DNA of 64,000 nucleotides, taken from contig JBBDIH010000192.1 in the NCBI GenBank assembly GCA_040880505.1, positions 9,594-73,593 on the forward strand, read 5' to 3'. The stretch's first letter is position 1; the number at the start of each line of letters is the position of its first letter. Below, piece after piece: positions 18,453 to 26,793 of the stretch. The notes below the pieces were generated by a model. The model searched no databases. It had not been told where the DNA came from and saw nothing but the letters and a program-made list of their open reading frames with translations. The stretch comes from Minisyncoccota bacterium (GTDB lineage Bacteria > Patescibacteriota > Minisyncoccia > UBA6257 > GWB1-50-10). The position numbers and the translations under genes were made by a program.

Positions 18453-19454
18453 TTTAACAGCGAATGGGTTTTTAGCTCCGTAAACCTCAAAATGTAAATG
18501 ACATCCAGTAGGACCATGAACGTTCCCAGTATTTCCTATTAAGGCAATAGTATCTCCCTGTAGCACATAATCTCCCTCTTCAATAAAATTTTTCAATGTA
18601 TGAGCGTATTTTGTTTTGGTTTCGTTTGGGTGCTCTATCAATATGTAATTTCCATAACCATCATTCCAATAATCATTAGATGAAGCTTCTATAACTAGTC
18701 CTTCTTGAGCGGCGTATATTTCTTCACCACAAGCAGCGGCTATATCAACCGCATTACTATAATGAAGACTCCCCCAGTTCCAACCTTTAGCTGGAAGTTG
18801 AAAGTAATTATTTAAATTAGGCAATGAATTACTATGTTTATTTATATAGGCCCACCTGTTTAAAGGTTTTGCATAAGGCAACACTATAACTGAACCAGAA
18901 GAACTAAATAATTCTTGATAATTTTTGTTATATTCTTTTATTAAATTGACATCGACAGTATAAGTAGAAGCAACTCCTTCTAATGTGTCGTTTTCTTCTA
19001 TTTCATACAAAATACCAGAGACAGGAAGTATTGTTATTTCTTCACCAGGAATAAGTGATGAAGACACATCTGTATTAGCAAGCTTTATTGTCTCTAAAGA
19101 AATACCAAAACCAGCAGCAATGCCAGACAAGGTATCTCCTTCTCTGACTTTATATTTATTTAAACCATCCCTGGATGGAATTACATTACTAAAAGGATGA
19201 GAGGATCCCACAGCAGAAGCGCTTTCTTTTAATAAAATATTTTTACTCACGTCTGAATCTCTAACTGCCTTTGTCATAGAGGAGCCTAAAAAAGCGTTAG
19301 ATGCCTCCTCCATATTTTCGCTAGACACTGGTCCACCTGATGACCAATATTTTTCTTGATAAGGAGAGTGATTTTTAAAAGCTCCTAAAGCTAAAAAATC
19401 AAAAAGCAGAAAAGAAATCAAAATAACAGCAAGCCAAAAATAACTTGTTTTCAC
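18450..19454 (-). CDS. LysM-domain M23 metallopeptidase (peptidoglycan endopeptidase)
   Basis: N-terminal TM helix, two LysM-like repeats (YKVREGDTLSGIAAGFGISLETI; YEIEENDTLEGVASTYTVDVNLI) and M23 motifs (HPNETKTKYAH, GPTGCHLHFEV). Confidence 0.85.
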   Translation of the reverse strand: MKTSYFWLAVILISFLLFDFLALGAFKNHSPYQEKYWSSGGPVSSENMEEASNAFLGSSMTKAVRDSDVSKNILLKESASAVGSSHPFSNVIPSRDGLNKYKVREGDTLSGIAAGFGISLETIKLANTDVSSSLIPGEEITILPVSGILYEIEENDTLEGVASTYTVDVNLIKEYNKNYQELFSSSGSVIVLPYAKPLNRWAYINKHSNSLPNLNNYFQLPAKGWNWGSLHYSNAVDIAAACGEEIYAAQEGLVIEASSNDYWNDGYGNYILIEHPNETKTKYAHTLKNFIEEGDYVLQGDTIALIGNTGNVHGPTGCHLHFEVYGAKNPFAVK

Positions 19455-19685
19455 AAGCTTTATAGTAAAACTTTTTAAATTGTCTATATCGGTATTAATT
19501 TCTTTTTAAAATTAAAAATTATTCAGCGTTGGTAGTATAATACAACCAAATCTAAGTGTCTACATTTAAATATAGTTTATTTTATGATAGATTTTTCTGT
19601 TATAAAATAAGCACAATGTTTTACGTTATTTACTTTAATAATGTAAAACGTATATTCTGCGACAGCTTTCTGGTATTATAATGAT

Positions 19686-19720
19686 ATTCACCCCGTTAGA
19701 AATTTAATTTCTAACGGGGT
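19686..19720. repeat. dif-like palindrome ACCCCGTTAGA-N9-TCTAACGGGGT in the Xer gene leader
   Basis: 11-bp arms at 19690-19700 and 19710-19720 flank AATTTAATT. The left arm extends to ATTCACCCCGTTAGA (19686-19700). Confidence 0.9.
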
Positions 19721-19757
19721 AAGAAACAAAAGGTGCGACTTAACAACTAATAGATAC

Positions 19758-19775
19758 GTTCCGATAAATCGGAAC
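19758..19775 (+). other. small hairpin in the Xer gene leader
   Basis: GTTCCGAT-aa-ATCGGAAC. Confidence 0.5.
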
Positions 19776-19779
19776 TATC

Positions 19780-19794
19780 TCTAACGGGGTGAAT
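19780..19794 (+). repeat. third motif arm TCTAACGGGGTGAAT overlapping the Xer gene GTG start
   Basis: Perfect 15-nt reverse complement of 19686-19700. The GTG start codon (19789-19791) lies inside it. Confidence 0.9.
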
Positions 19795-20673
19795 GAAGTT
19801 CAAAAATTATTAAAAGAATATCTAGATCATTTAGAGATAGAAAAAAATAGATCTCCAAAAACAAGAGATGCTTATGAAAGATATATAAAAAACTTCATGG
19901 AAACGATGAACATAAAAACTCTAAGTGATATTAATGAAAGCTCTATAAGAGAGTACAGGCTGAAATTGGCTAGAAGAGATATAAAAAAAATAACTCAGAA
20001 CTATTATGTAATAGGGATTAGGAATTTTTTAAAATATTTAACAAAAAAAGATATAGACGTAGTTTCTCCGGATAAAATAGAGCTGCCAAAAATAAACAGA
20101 AAAGATATAGATATATTAGATTACAATGATTTAGAGAGATTACTAGAAGCACCAAAGGGAAATAACTTGAGAGCTATGAGAGACAGAAGCTTATTAGAAA
20201 CCCTTTTTTCTACTGGACTAAGAGTTTCTGAAGTTTGTAAATTAGATAGGTATATTAATTTAGAAAGAGGAGAATTAAGCGTTAGAGGTAAAGGAGATAA
20301 AACTAGGGTGGTTTTTTTGTCTGAGAGAGCTAAAAGATCCCTGAAAAATTATTTAGAAAAAAGAGAGGATACTGATGAGGCTTTATTTGTTAGTCTAACC
20401 AAAAAGGGTAAGGTTATAGGCAGAATAAGCCCTAGATCAGTACAAAGACTAGTCGATAGAGCGGCTAAAAGCGCTGGAATAACTAAAAGCGTTTCCCCTC
20501 ATCAGTTGAGACACCAATTTGCCACCGATTTATTAATGAATGGAGCTGATTTAAGAGCAGTTCAAGAACTTTTGGGTCACTCTAATATATCAACTACGCA
20601 GATTTATACACATATTACGAATAAGGAACTAAAAGAAGTTCATGGGGCTTTTCATGGTAGAAGGAGAAAATAA
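19789..20673 (+). CDS. XerC/XerD-family tyrosine recombinase
   Basis: N-terminal SAM-like domain (LKEYLDHLEIEKNRSPKTRDAYERYI). Catalytic region GLRVSEV...HQLRHQFATDLLMNGADLRAVQELLGHSNISTTQIYTH. GTG is the only in-frame start after the stop at 19765-19767. Confidence 0.85.
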   Translation: MNEVQKLLKEYLDHLEIEKNRSPKTRDAYERYIKNFMETMNIKTLSDINESSIREYRLKLARRDIKKITQNYYVIGIRNFLKYLTKKDIDVVSPDKIELPKINRKDIDILDYNDLERLLEAPKGNNLRAMRDRSLLETLFSTGLRVSEVCKLDRYINLERGELSVRGKGDKTRVVFLSERAKRSLKNYLEKREDTDEALFVSLTKKGKVIGRISPRSVQRLVDRAAKSAGITKSVSPHQLRHQFATDLLMNGADLRAVQELLGHSNISTTQIYTHITNKELKEVHGAFHGRRRK

Positions 20674-20678
20674 TACTT

Positions 20679-20748
20679 GCCCCGTTAGAGACATCTTGTT
20701 TAAGCGTAATTTTTATGTCATTTTGAAATAATTTGTCTCTAACGGGGC
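20679..20748. repeat. 15-bp inverted repeat GCCCCGTTAGAGACA ... TGTCTCTAACGGGGC with a 40-nt spacer
   Basis: Arms at 20679-20693 and 20734-20748, immediately after the Xer gene stop. Same core as the other motif copies. Confidence 0.9.
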
Positions 20749-20777
20749 TTGCTTTTTATGGCATGAGATTATATAGT
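20749..20777 (+). promoter_or_regulatory. sigma70-type promoter of rpsO
   Basis: TTGCTT (20749-20754), a 17-nt spacer, then TATAGT (20772-20777). The -35 directly abuts the motif arm. Confidence 0.5.
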
Positions 20778-20803
20778 AATTGCTAGTTAAATAGTACTTA
20801 AAT

Positions 20804-21076
20804 ATGGCAATATCAAAAAATAAAAAAAGTAAGGTAGTTAAAGAGAATCAGATTCACGATAAAGATACTGGTTCAGCAGAAGTTCAAATTGGACTTCTAA
20901 GTAAAAGAATAGAAGAACTAGCAAAACACCTAAAAGGTCATCCTAAGGATCACCACTCAAGAAGAGGTCTTTTAATGATGGTTGGTAAAAGAAGAAGATT
21001 ATTAAGATTTTTAAGCTCAGAAAACGAAAAGAGTTACAAGAAATTGACAAAGAAGCTCGGAATTGGAGCTAAGTAA
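20804..21076 (+). CDS. rpsO: 30S ribosomal protein S15
   Basis: GSAEVQIGLLSKRIEELAKHLKGHPKDHHSRRGLLMMVGKRRRLLRFL is canonical S15. Confidence 0.95.
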   Translation: MAISKNKKSKVVKENQIHDKDTGSAEVQIGLLSKRIEELAKHLKGHPKDHHSRRGLLMMVGKRRRLLRFLSSENEKSYKKLTKKLGIGAK

Positions 21077-21081
21077 GGATA

Positions 21082-21645
21082 ATGACCCAAAACCCATCTC
21101 AAAGAGTTGGCGTCTTCGTAGACGTCCAAAATGTATATCACTCTGCTAAAAACCTAAGCAACGCTAGGGTTAATTTTACTGAATTACTAAAAACAATAGT
21201 AAATAAGAGAGACTTAATAAGAGCTCTTGCTTATGTTGTTAAAAGTGAGACTGCTACAGGCGAGCGGTCTTTTTTTGAGGCTTTAGAAAAAGCAGGATTT
21301 GAGCTAAGAGTAAAAGACTTACAAATATTTTCTAGCGGTTATAAAAAAGCAGACTGGGATGTTGGTATAGCTGTTGATGCCATAAGAATGGCAGATAACT
21401 TAGATGTTGTTGTTTTAGTGACTGGAGACGGAGACTTTACTCCTTTAGTTGAGTATCTACAGTGGGGAAAAGGAAAACAAGTTGAAGTTGTAGCTTTTAG
21501 CAAGACAACTTCTTCAATGTTAAGAGATGAATGTGATATTTTCGTGGAATTAGAAAATATTCCAAAAATACTTATGGATATCCCAGATAAAAATAACAAT
21601 AAGAAGTCAAAGAAGAAAAAGTCAAAACGAAAAAATAAAAAGTAA
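21082..21645 (+). CDS. NYN-domain (LabA/DUF88-like) putative ribonuclease with Lys-rich tail
   Basis: RVGVFVDVQNVYHSAKN...VVLVTGDGDFTPLVEYL matches the NYN/LabA pattern. Gaps are 5 nt to both rpsO and pnp. Confidence 0.7.
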   Translation: MTQNPSQRVGVFVDVQNVYHSAKNLSNARVNFTELLKTIVNKRDLIRALAYVVKSETATGERSFFEALEKAGFELRVKDLQIFSSGYKKADWDVGIAVDAIRMADNLDVVVLVTGDGDFTPLVEYLQWGKGKQVEVVAFSKTTSSMLRDECDIFVELENIPKILMDIPDKNNNKKSKKKKSKRKNKK

Positions 21646-21650
21646 TAATT

Positions 21651-23684
21651 ATGGATTTAAAAAGAAAAGAGTTTAAAACAGAAATAAACGGAAATGAAGT
21701 TAGTTTAGAGTTTTCTATATTAGCTGGAAAAGCTGATGCTTCTTTAATAGTTAGGCAAGGAGATACTTCTGTTATGGTGGCAGTTGTCATGAGTAAAGAA
21801 GATCAAAATCTTCCATTTTTTCCTTTAACCGTTGATTATGAAGAAAAATTTTATGCAATAGGGAAAATACTTGGGGGTAGATTTATGAGAAGAGAAGGGA
21901 GGCCATCCGATCAAGCTACTTTATCAGCGAGGTTAATAGATAGAACAATTAGACCTCTTTTTGATAAGAGAATGAGGAGAGGTCTTCAAGTAACGGTAAG
22001 TATTCTTGAGTATGACGGGGTTAATGATCCAGATCCATTAGCATTACTAGCTACTTCTACCGCACTTAGTGTTTCTAACATCCCTTGGAATGGTCCAGTA
22101 GCAGCGTTCAGTAAAATGTCAGACAAAAGAGAAGTGTTTTTCTCTGGCCCTAAAGGAAAAATAAACATGATAGAGTTCAAGGGAGAAGACGCTCCAGAAG
22201 AAGAACTTGTAAAAATATTTGAAGAAGCTCAAAAAGAAATTGATAGATTAATTAACTTCCAAGAAGAGATAATAAAAGAGATGGGAGATGAAAAAGAAGT
22301 TATTGAATTTAATGAAGCTACTGAAGAAGTCAAAAACTTTACAAATAAATTTGTAGAAACAAACTTTGAAAAATACTTTAACAGTGGTGAGATAGAAGAA
22401 TTAAGTTCTTTATTTAAAAAGGAGTTAAAAGAGTTTAAAAAAGAAAAAGGAGAGGAACTAGAAACGGAAGGTGTTGATGATTACTTATACAAAAAACTTG
22501 AAGAACTAATAAAAGACAAGGCAATTAAAGAAGAAAAGAGAGCTGATGGAAGAAAAATAGATGAAGTAAGACCCTTACACGCTGAAGTTGGTTTATTTAA
22601 TAGAACTCATGGATCAGGTTTATTTTTAAGAGGAGAAACCCAAATACTTTCTTTAACAACTCTGGGTGGTCCTGATTCTGCTAAACTAATAGATGAAATT
22701 AGATTTTCAGGTGATAAAAGATTTATGCTTCATTACAATTTCCCTCAATTTTCAGTAGGAAGTGCAGGAAGAGCAAGAGGTCCTGGAAGAAGAGAAATTG
22801 GTCATGGAACTCTGGCTTTGAAAGCGTTAGAAAGCTTAATTCCTAGTAAAGAAGATTTTCCTTATGTGATTAGAATAGTAGCAGAAGCACTGTCTTCTAA
22901 TGGATCAACATCTATGGCTACGGTTTGTGCCTCTTCTCTATCCTTAATGGATGCAGGAGTAAAAATAAAAAAACATGTAGCAGGCATAGCTATGGGACTA
23001 ATGCATAAAAATAATGAAGAATGGAAAGTTATAACAGACATCCAGGGACCTGAGGATCATTTTGGAGACATGGATCTTAAAGTTGCTGGAACAAAGGATG
23101 GTATAAACGCAATTCAAATGGACGTTAAAGTTAATGGAATAACTAAAGAAATGTTTGAGCAGGCTTTACCAATGGCAAAAGATGCAAGACTAAAAATTCT
23201 TGAAGTTATGAATGAGGCTATTTCTTCACCTAGAGAAGAAATGTCTCCTTATGCTCCTTGTATAATTAGACATCAAATAGATCCAGATCAAATAGGAGAA
23301 GTTATAGGTTCGGGAGGTAAAACAATAAACGGAATAAGAGAAGATTCTGGGGAAAATGTTGAGATAGACATAGAAGACGATGGAGGTGTATTTATAACAG
23401 CTGAAAACAAAGAAAGCGCTCAAAAAGCTCTAGAGATGATAAAACAAATAACTAAAAAATATGAAGTTGGGGAAATGGTTGAAGGAAAAATAGAAAAAAT
23501 ACTAGACTTTGGAGCTATTGTTGATCTTGGTGGAGGAAGATCAGGAATGATTCATGTTTCTGAATTAGCCGACAAATACACTGAAAATGTAACCGACATA
23601 GTAAAGGTTGGGGAAACCGTAAAAGCAAAAGTTATAAAAGTAGAACCAGGGAAAATTGGTTTATCTATAAAGGCTTTAAAATAG
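21651..23684 (+). CDS. pnp: polyribonucleotide nucleotidyltransferase (PNPase)
   Basis: Two RNase PH-like domains (RADGRKIDEVRPL, FPQFSVGSAGRARGPGRREIGHG), a KH domain (IGEVIGSGGKTINGI) and an S1 domain (GEMVEGKIEKILDFGAIVDL). Confidence 0.95.
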   Translation: MDLKRKEFKTEINGNEVSLEFSILAGKADASLIVRQGDTSVMVAVVMSKEDQNLPFFPLTVDYEEKFYAIGKILGGRFMRREGRPSDQATLSARLIDRTIRPLFDKRMRRGLQVTVSILEYDGVNDPDPLALLATSTALSVSNIPWNGPVAAFSKMSDKREVFFSGPKGKINMIEFKGEDAPEEELVKIFEEAQKEIDRLINFQEEIIKEMGDEKEVIEFNEATEEVKNFTNKFVETNFEKYFNSGEIEELSSLFKKELKEFKKEKGEELETEGVDDYLYKKLEELIKDKAIKEEKRADGRKIDEVRPLHAEVGLFNRTHGSGLFLRGETQILSLTTLGGPDSAKLIDEIRFSGDKRFMLHYNFPQFSVGSAGRARGPGRREIGHGTLALKALESLIPSKEDFPYVIRIVAEALSSNGSTSMATVCASSLSLMDAGVKIKKHVAGIAMGLMHKNNEEWKVITDIQGPEDHFGDMDLKVAGTKDGINAIQMDVKVNGITKEMFEQALPMAKDARLKILEVMNEAISSPREEMSPYAPCIIRHQIDPDQIGEVIGSGGKTINGIREDSGENVEIDIEDDGGVFITAENKESAQKALEMIKQITKKYEVGEMVEGKIEKILDFGAIVDLGGGRSGMIHVSELADKYTENVTDIVKVGETVKAKVIKVEPGKIGLSIKALK

Positions 23685-23702
23685 TTAATTCTTGCCTTCC
23701 AT

Positions 23703-23742
23703 AAAAAAGAAACCCCTTTTATGTAAGAGGGTTTCTTTTTTT
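23703..23742 (+). terminator. rho-independent terminator
   Basis: AAAAAAGAAACCCC...GAGGGTTTCTTTTTTT. Confidence 0.7.
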
Positions 23743-23822
23743 AAATACTATTTGTTATACTTATTTACATAAAGTAAAAGAATAAGTCGAAGTTAAACAA
23801 TTTTAAAAAATTTTACATTAAG

Positions 23823-25061
23823 ATGGCAGATCAAAACCAGAACAACAATAATCAAAATCAAGGTAATCAGGGTCAAGGTCAAGAAAATTCTAATAAGTTA
23901 AATAGCTTAGAGGCAAATACAATGAATTCTGATATTCAGTCAATAAAAGATCAGGGTGGAAATGAACCAAAATCTTACGATCCCCCAACAAATGCTGGAG
24001 ATCAAAATGATCCAAAAAATAGACCTAATCCTAATAAGTCTATAGGGTCCGTAAAACCTCCTTCAACACCTCAAGCTCCTAATAATAACTCAAGTAATCA
24101 GGGTAGCGAAAATATAAATATTGACCAAAACTTTCAACCTCCTCAACCAATGGATAGTTCACAAGGACCTCAAAACGACAAAGATGGAAATGAAATAAAA
24201 CCAGATCAAATATCTGGTAATGAATACCCTCCAAAAAAATCTGGGGGCAAAAAATTGTTTATAACTCTACTTATTATAATTGTTATTATTGGCGCTGGTA
24301 TAGCTGCTTATATATTATTCTTCTCAGGTAATACTTCGGAAACTCCTGTTATTGAAGAAGAAACAACAGAGGAAGAAATAATAAATGAAGAAGACTTTCA
24401 AGTTCCTTCAGGAGTTCCTTCAGAAACAGAGAATGAAAGTGATGCTACTGAAGAAACAACAGAACCAGAACAAGTAACAGAAGAAACAAATGAAAGTGAA
24501 GAAGAGAACATCATAACCTCTCACTCTTCTCTTTTTTCTCCTTCAGCAGACACAGAGTCTGAAGTGACTATTGAAGATTTATCAATAGAAGGTATTAAAG
24601 CTTCTTTAAACTTTTCTTCAACTGACGTTCCTCTATTTAGAGAAGTTGTAATGAGAAACTCAGAGGGAAATATAATTAACTTTTCTGATGTAGCAAGCTT
24701 GTTTGTTCCATCCGTATTTAATGAAAGTGTTACAAGCTCATTCAACCAAGACGCTACTTACTTTACTTACACAGACAGTGATGGAACATGGTTTGGATTT
24801 GCTGTAGAACTAAACACTGAAACACAACAGGTGGATATTTCTTCTTTAGAAGAAAACACATCAGAAGCAAGAAACTTCTTTATTACAGATCCAGGAACAG
24901 CTGGAGAGTGGGCTGACGGAACAGTTGGTGAACAACCCGCAAGATTCATAACATTTGATGCTGCTGGTGCTGCACTAAGCTATACATGGTTAGATAATAC
25001 TTTACTTGTAAGCTCAAATTATTCTGGAGCTCAAGCTGCTTCCTCTAGAATAGGAAACTAA
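23823..25061 (+). CDS. hypothetical single-pass membrane protein with Q/N/P-rich N-terminus
   Basis: About 150 aa of Q/N/P-rich low complexity, a TM helix (LFITLLIIIVIIGAGIAAYILFF), an E/T-rich linker and a roughly 190-aa C-terminal domain. No family recognised. Confidence 0.4.
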   Translation: MADQNQNNNNQNQGNQGQGQENSNKLNSLEANTMNSDIQSIKDQGGNEPKSYDPPTNAGDQNDPKNRPNPNKSIGSVKPPSTPQAPNNNSSNQGSENINIDQNFQPPQPMDSSQGPQNDKDGNEIKPDQISGNEYPPKKSGGKKLFITLLIIIVIIGAGIAAYILFFSGNTSETPVIEEETTEEEIINEEDFQVPSGVPSETENESDATEETTEPEQVTEETNESEEENIITSHSSLFSPSADTESEVTIEDLSIEGIKASLNFSSTDVPLFREVVMRNSEGNIINFSDVASLFVPSVFNESVTSSFNQDATYFTYTDSDGTWFGFAVELNTETQQVDISSLEENTSEARNFFITDPGTAGEWADGTVGEQPARFITFDAAGAALSYTWLDNTLLVSSNYSGAQAASSRIGN

Positions 25062-25068
25062 AGTACAA

Positions 25069-25806
25069 ATGAGTTATTGGGATAAAGTATCAGAAGAATA
25101 CGATATACTTGTAGAAAATAAAGACTTATTAAGAACTGAGATATTAAACAAATCTTTAGTTAATCTATTGGGTGACTTAAAGGATAAAGATGTTCTTGAC
25201 GCCGGATGTGGTCAGGGCTATCTATCAAACATAATATCCAAAAGAGGTGGAAGAGTAATTGGAATTGATAACTCAAAGAAACTTATATCTATAGCAAAAA
25301 AGAAATATGGTTTTTCAGTAGATAATTTTGAGGTTGAAAATTTAAAAAACAAACTAACTTTTGATAATGATTATTTTGATGTGGTTGTGTGTAGCATGGT
25401 CTTAATGGACTTTAATCCCATAGAAAAAACTATTAAAGAATTCTATAGAATAATGAAAACAAAAGGATCCCTGATTATATCTCTACCTCATCCTGCTTTT
25501 TTTACAGGAAAACTGCATAAGACTTTTCTAGATAAAGTAATGAATAGAGTGCCACATTATGATATAAAAAAATACAAAGAACCCTTTAAAAAAATGGTGG
25601 AAATAAATGGGTTATCAGAAAAAACTCCTTTTTATCATAGATCAATAGAATATTACGTGTCTCTCTTGCTAAAAAATGGCTTTTCTATAAAAGGCCTTGA
25701 AGAGCCGGTCTTAAATAAAGATAACGAAAATGACATTAATAATTTTTTAAAGCTTTGTATGGAAATACCTCCATTTTTATTAATAAAAGCAGAAAAGTCT
25801 TCTTAA
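25069..25806 (+). CDS. class I SAM-dependent methyltransferase
   Basis: Motif I VLDAGCGQGYLS and the post-I segment RVIGIDNS. Confidence 0.75.
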   Translation: MSYWDKVSEEYDILVENKDLLRTEILNKSLVNLLGDLKDKDVLDAGCGQGYLSNIISKRGGRVIGIDNSKKLISIAKKKYGFSVDNFEVENLKNKLTFDNDYFDVVVCSMVLMDFNPIEKTIKEFYRIMKTKGSLIISLPHPAFFTGKLHKTFLDKVMNRVPHYDIKKYKEPFKKMVEINGLSEKTPFYHRSIEYYVSLLLKNGFSIKGLEEPVLNKDNENDINNFLKLCMEIPPFLLIKAEKSS

Positions 25807-25839
25807 CAAACAAAATTAAAAGTATATACTAAGAATATT

Positions 25840-26241
25840 ATGATAAGCTTTTTATTGGTTTTTCAGGACTGGGGATTACTTATACTTAGATTTATATTAG
25901 GTTTGACTTTGATTGTTCACGGTCTACCAAAAATAAAAAATCTTAAAAAAACAGCCAAGGATTTTGCTGGGATGGGCTTTAAGCCTGGTAAATTTTGGGG
26001 TTCTTTAGTTACTTTCTTAGAGGTTTTTGGAGGAATAGGATTAATGCTTGGCTTACTTACTCAAATAATATCTGTTTTAATTATCTTTCAATTCTTAGTA
26101 ATAATACTAAAATTAAAATCTGGTTCTGGGTTTAAAGACATAGAATTAGACTTATTAATACTTGGCGCCGTTTTAATTACAGCAACATTTGGTGGTGGAA
26201 TTTACAGTTTAGATAGCTTGTTAAATCTTTACTTATACTAA
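25840..26241 (+). CDS. DoxX-family membrane protein
   Basis: Four TM helices. GLLILRFILGLTLIVHGLPKI is typical of the DoxX family. Confidence 0.65.
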   Translation: MISFLLVFQDWGLLILRFILGLTLIVHGLPKIKNLKKTAKDFAGMGFKPGKFWGSLVTFLEVFGGIGLMLGLLTQIISVLIIFQFLVIILKLKSGSGFKDIELDLLILGAVLITATFGGGIYSLDSLLNLYLY

Positions 26242-26246
26242 TAAAA

Positions 26247-26792
26247 ATGGAGGAAATAGTTACTGATGCTGTTGTTCTTCAAAATAGATCTTTTGCTTAT
26301 TATGGTAATAATAGAAACATCAGTCTTTTTACAGAAAAATTAGGCAGAGTAGAAGCAACAGCTATAAGCGGTTTTAAAATAACATCAAAGTTATCCCCTC
26401 ATCTAAATCCTTTAAATTTAGTTAGGGTTCGTTTAATTAATAAAAATAAATTTATAATAGCTGACGCCTTAACAATAGACACCTTTAAAAACATAAGAAA
26501 AGATGAATATAAATTAAAAGGGTTTTTTGATTTATTTTTTTTAGTTCAGTCTTTAACACCTCAAATTTTACCCGACCATAATCTATGGCAAGAAATAATA
26601 GAAAGAATGAAGAAGAGTGAAATCAAAAATAAAAACATATTAAATATACTGGGTTATGAGCCTAGTTTTTCTGATTGTTTTAAATGTGGTAAAAAAAATA
26701 TAGATTATTTTCTTATAGAAGATCAGTTATTTCTTTGTTCAAAATGTAAAACAAAGATAAATGATGATAAGCTTATAAAAATAATTGATTGA
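26247..26792 (+). CDS. recO: DNA repair protein RecO (short)
   Basis: N-terminal OB-fold-like segment (TDAVVLQNRSF...ISLFTEKLGRVEATA) and a C-terminal CFKCG...CSKCK zinc finger. Confidence 0.55.
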   Translation: MEEIVTDAVVLQNRSFAYYGNNRNISLFTEKLGRVEATAISGFKITSKLSPHLNPLNLVRVRLINKNKFIIADALTIDTFKNIRKDEYKLKGFFDLFFLVQSLTPQILPDHNLWQEIIERMKKSEIKNKNILNILGYEPSFSDCFKCGKKNIDYFLIEDQLFLCSKCKTKINDDKLIKIID

Positions 26793-26793
26793 A

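Noticed and set aside
22011-22026. Partial matches to the CCCCGTTAGA motif inside genes (ACGGGGTT in pnp; AACGGGGG at about 34125 in leuS; GCGGGGTA at about 61935 in ruvB)
   Set aside because: Only 7-8 nt match, and they lack the TCTAA part and any inverted partner. This is consistent with chance.
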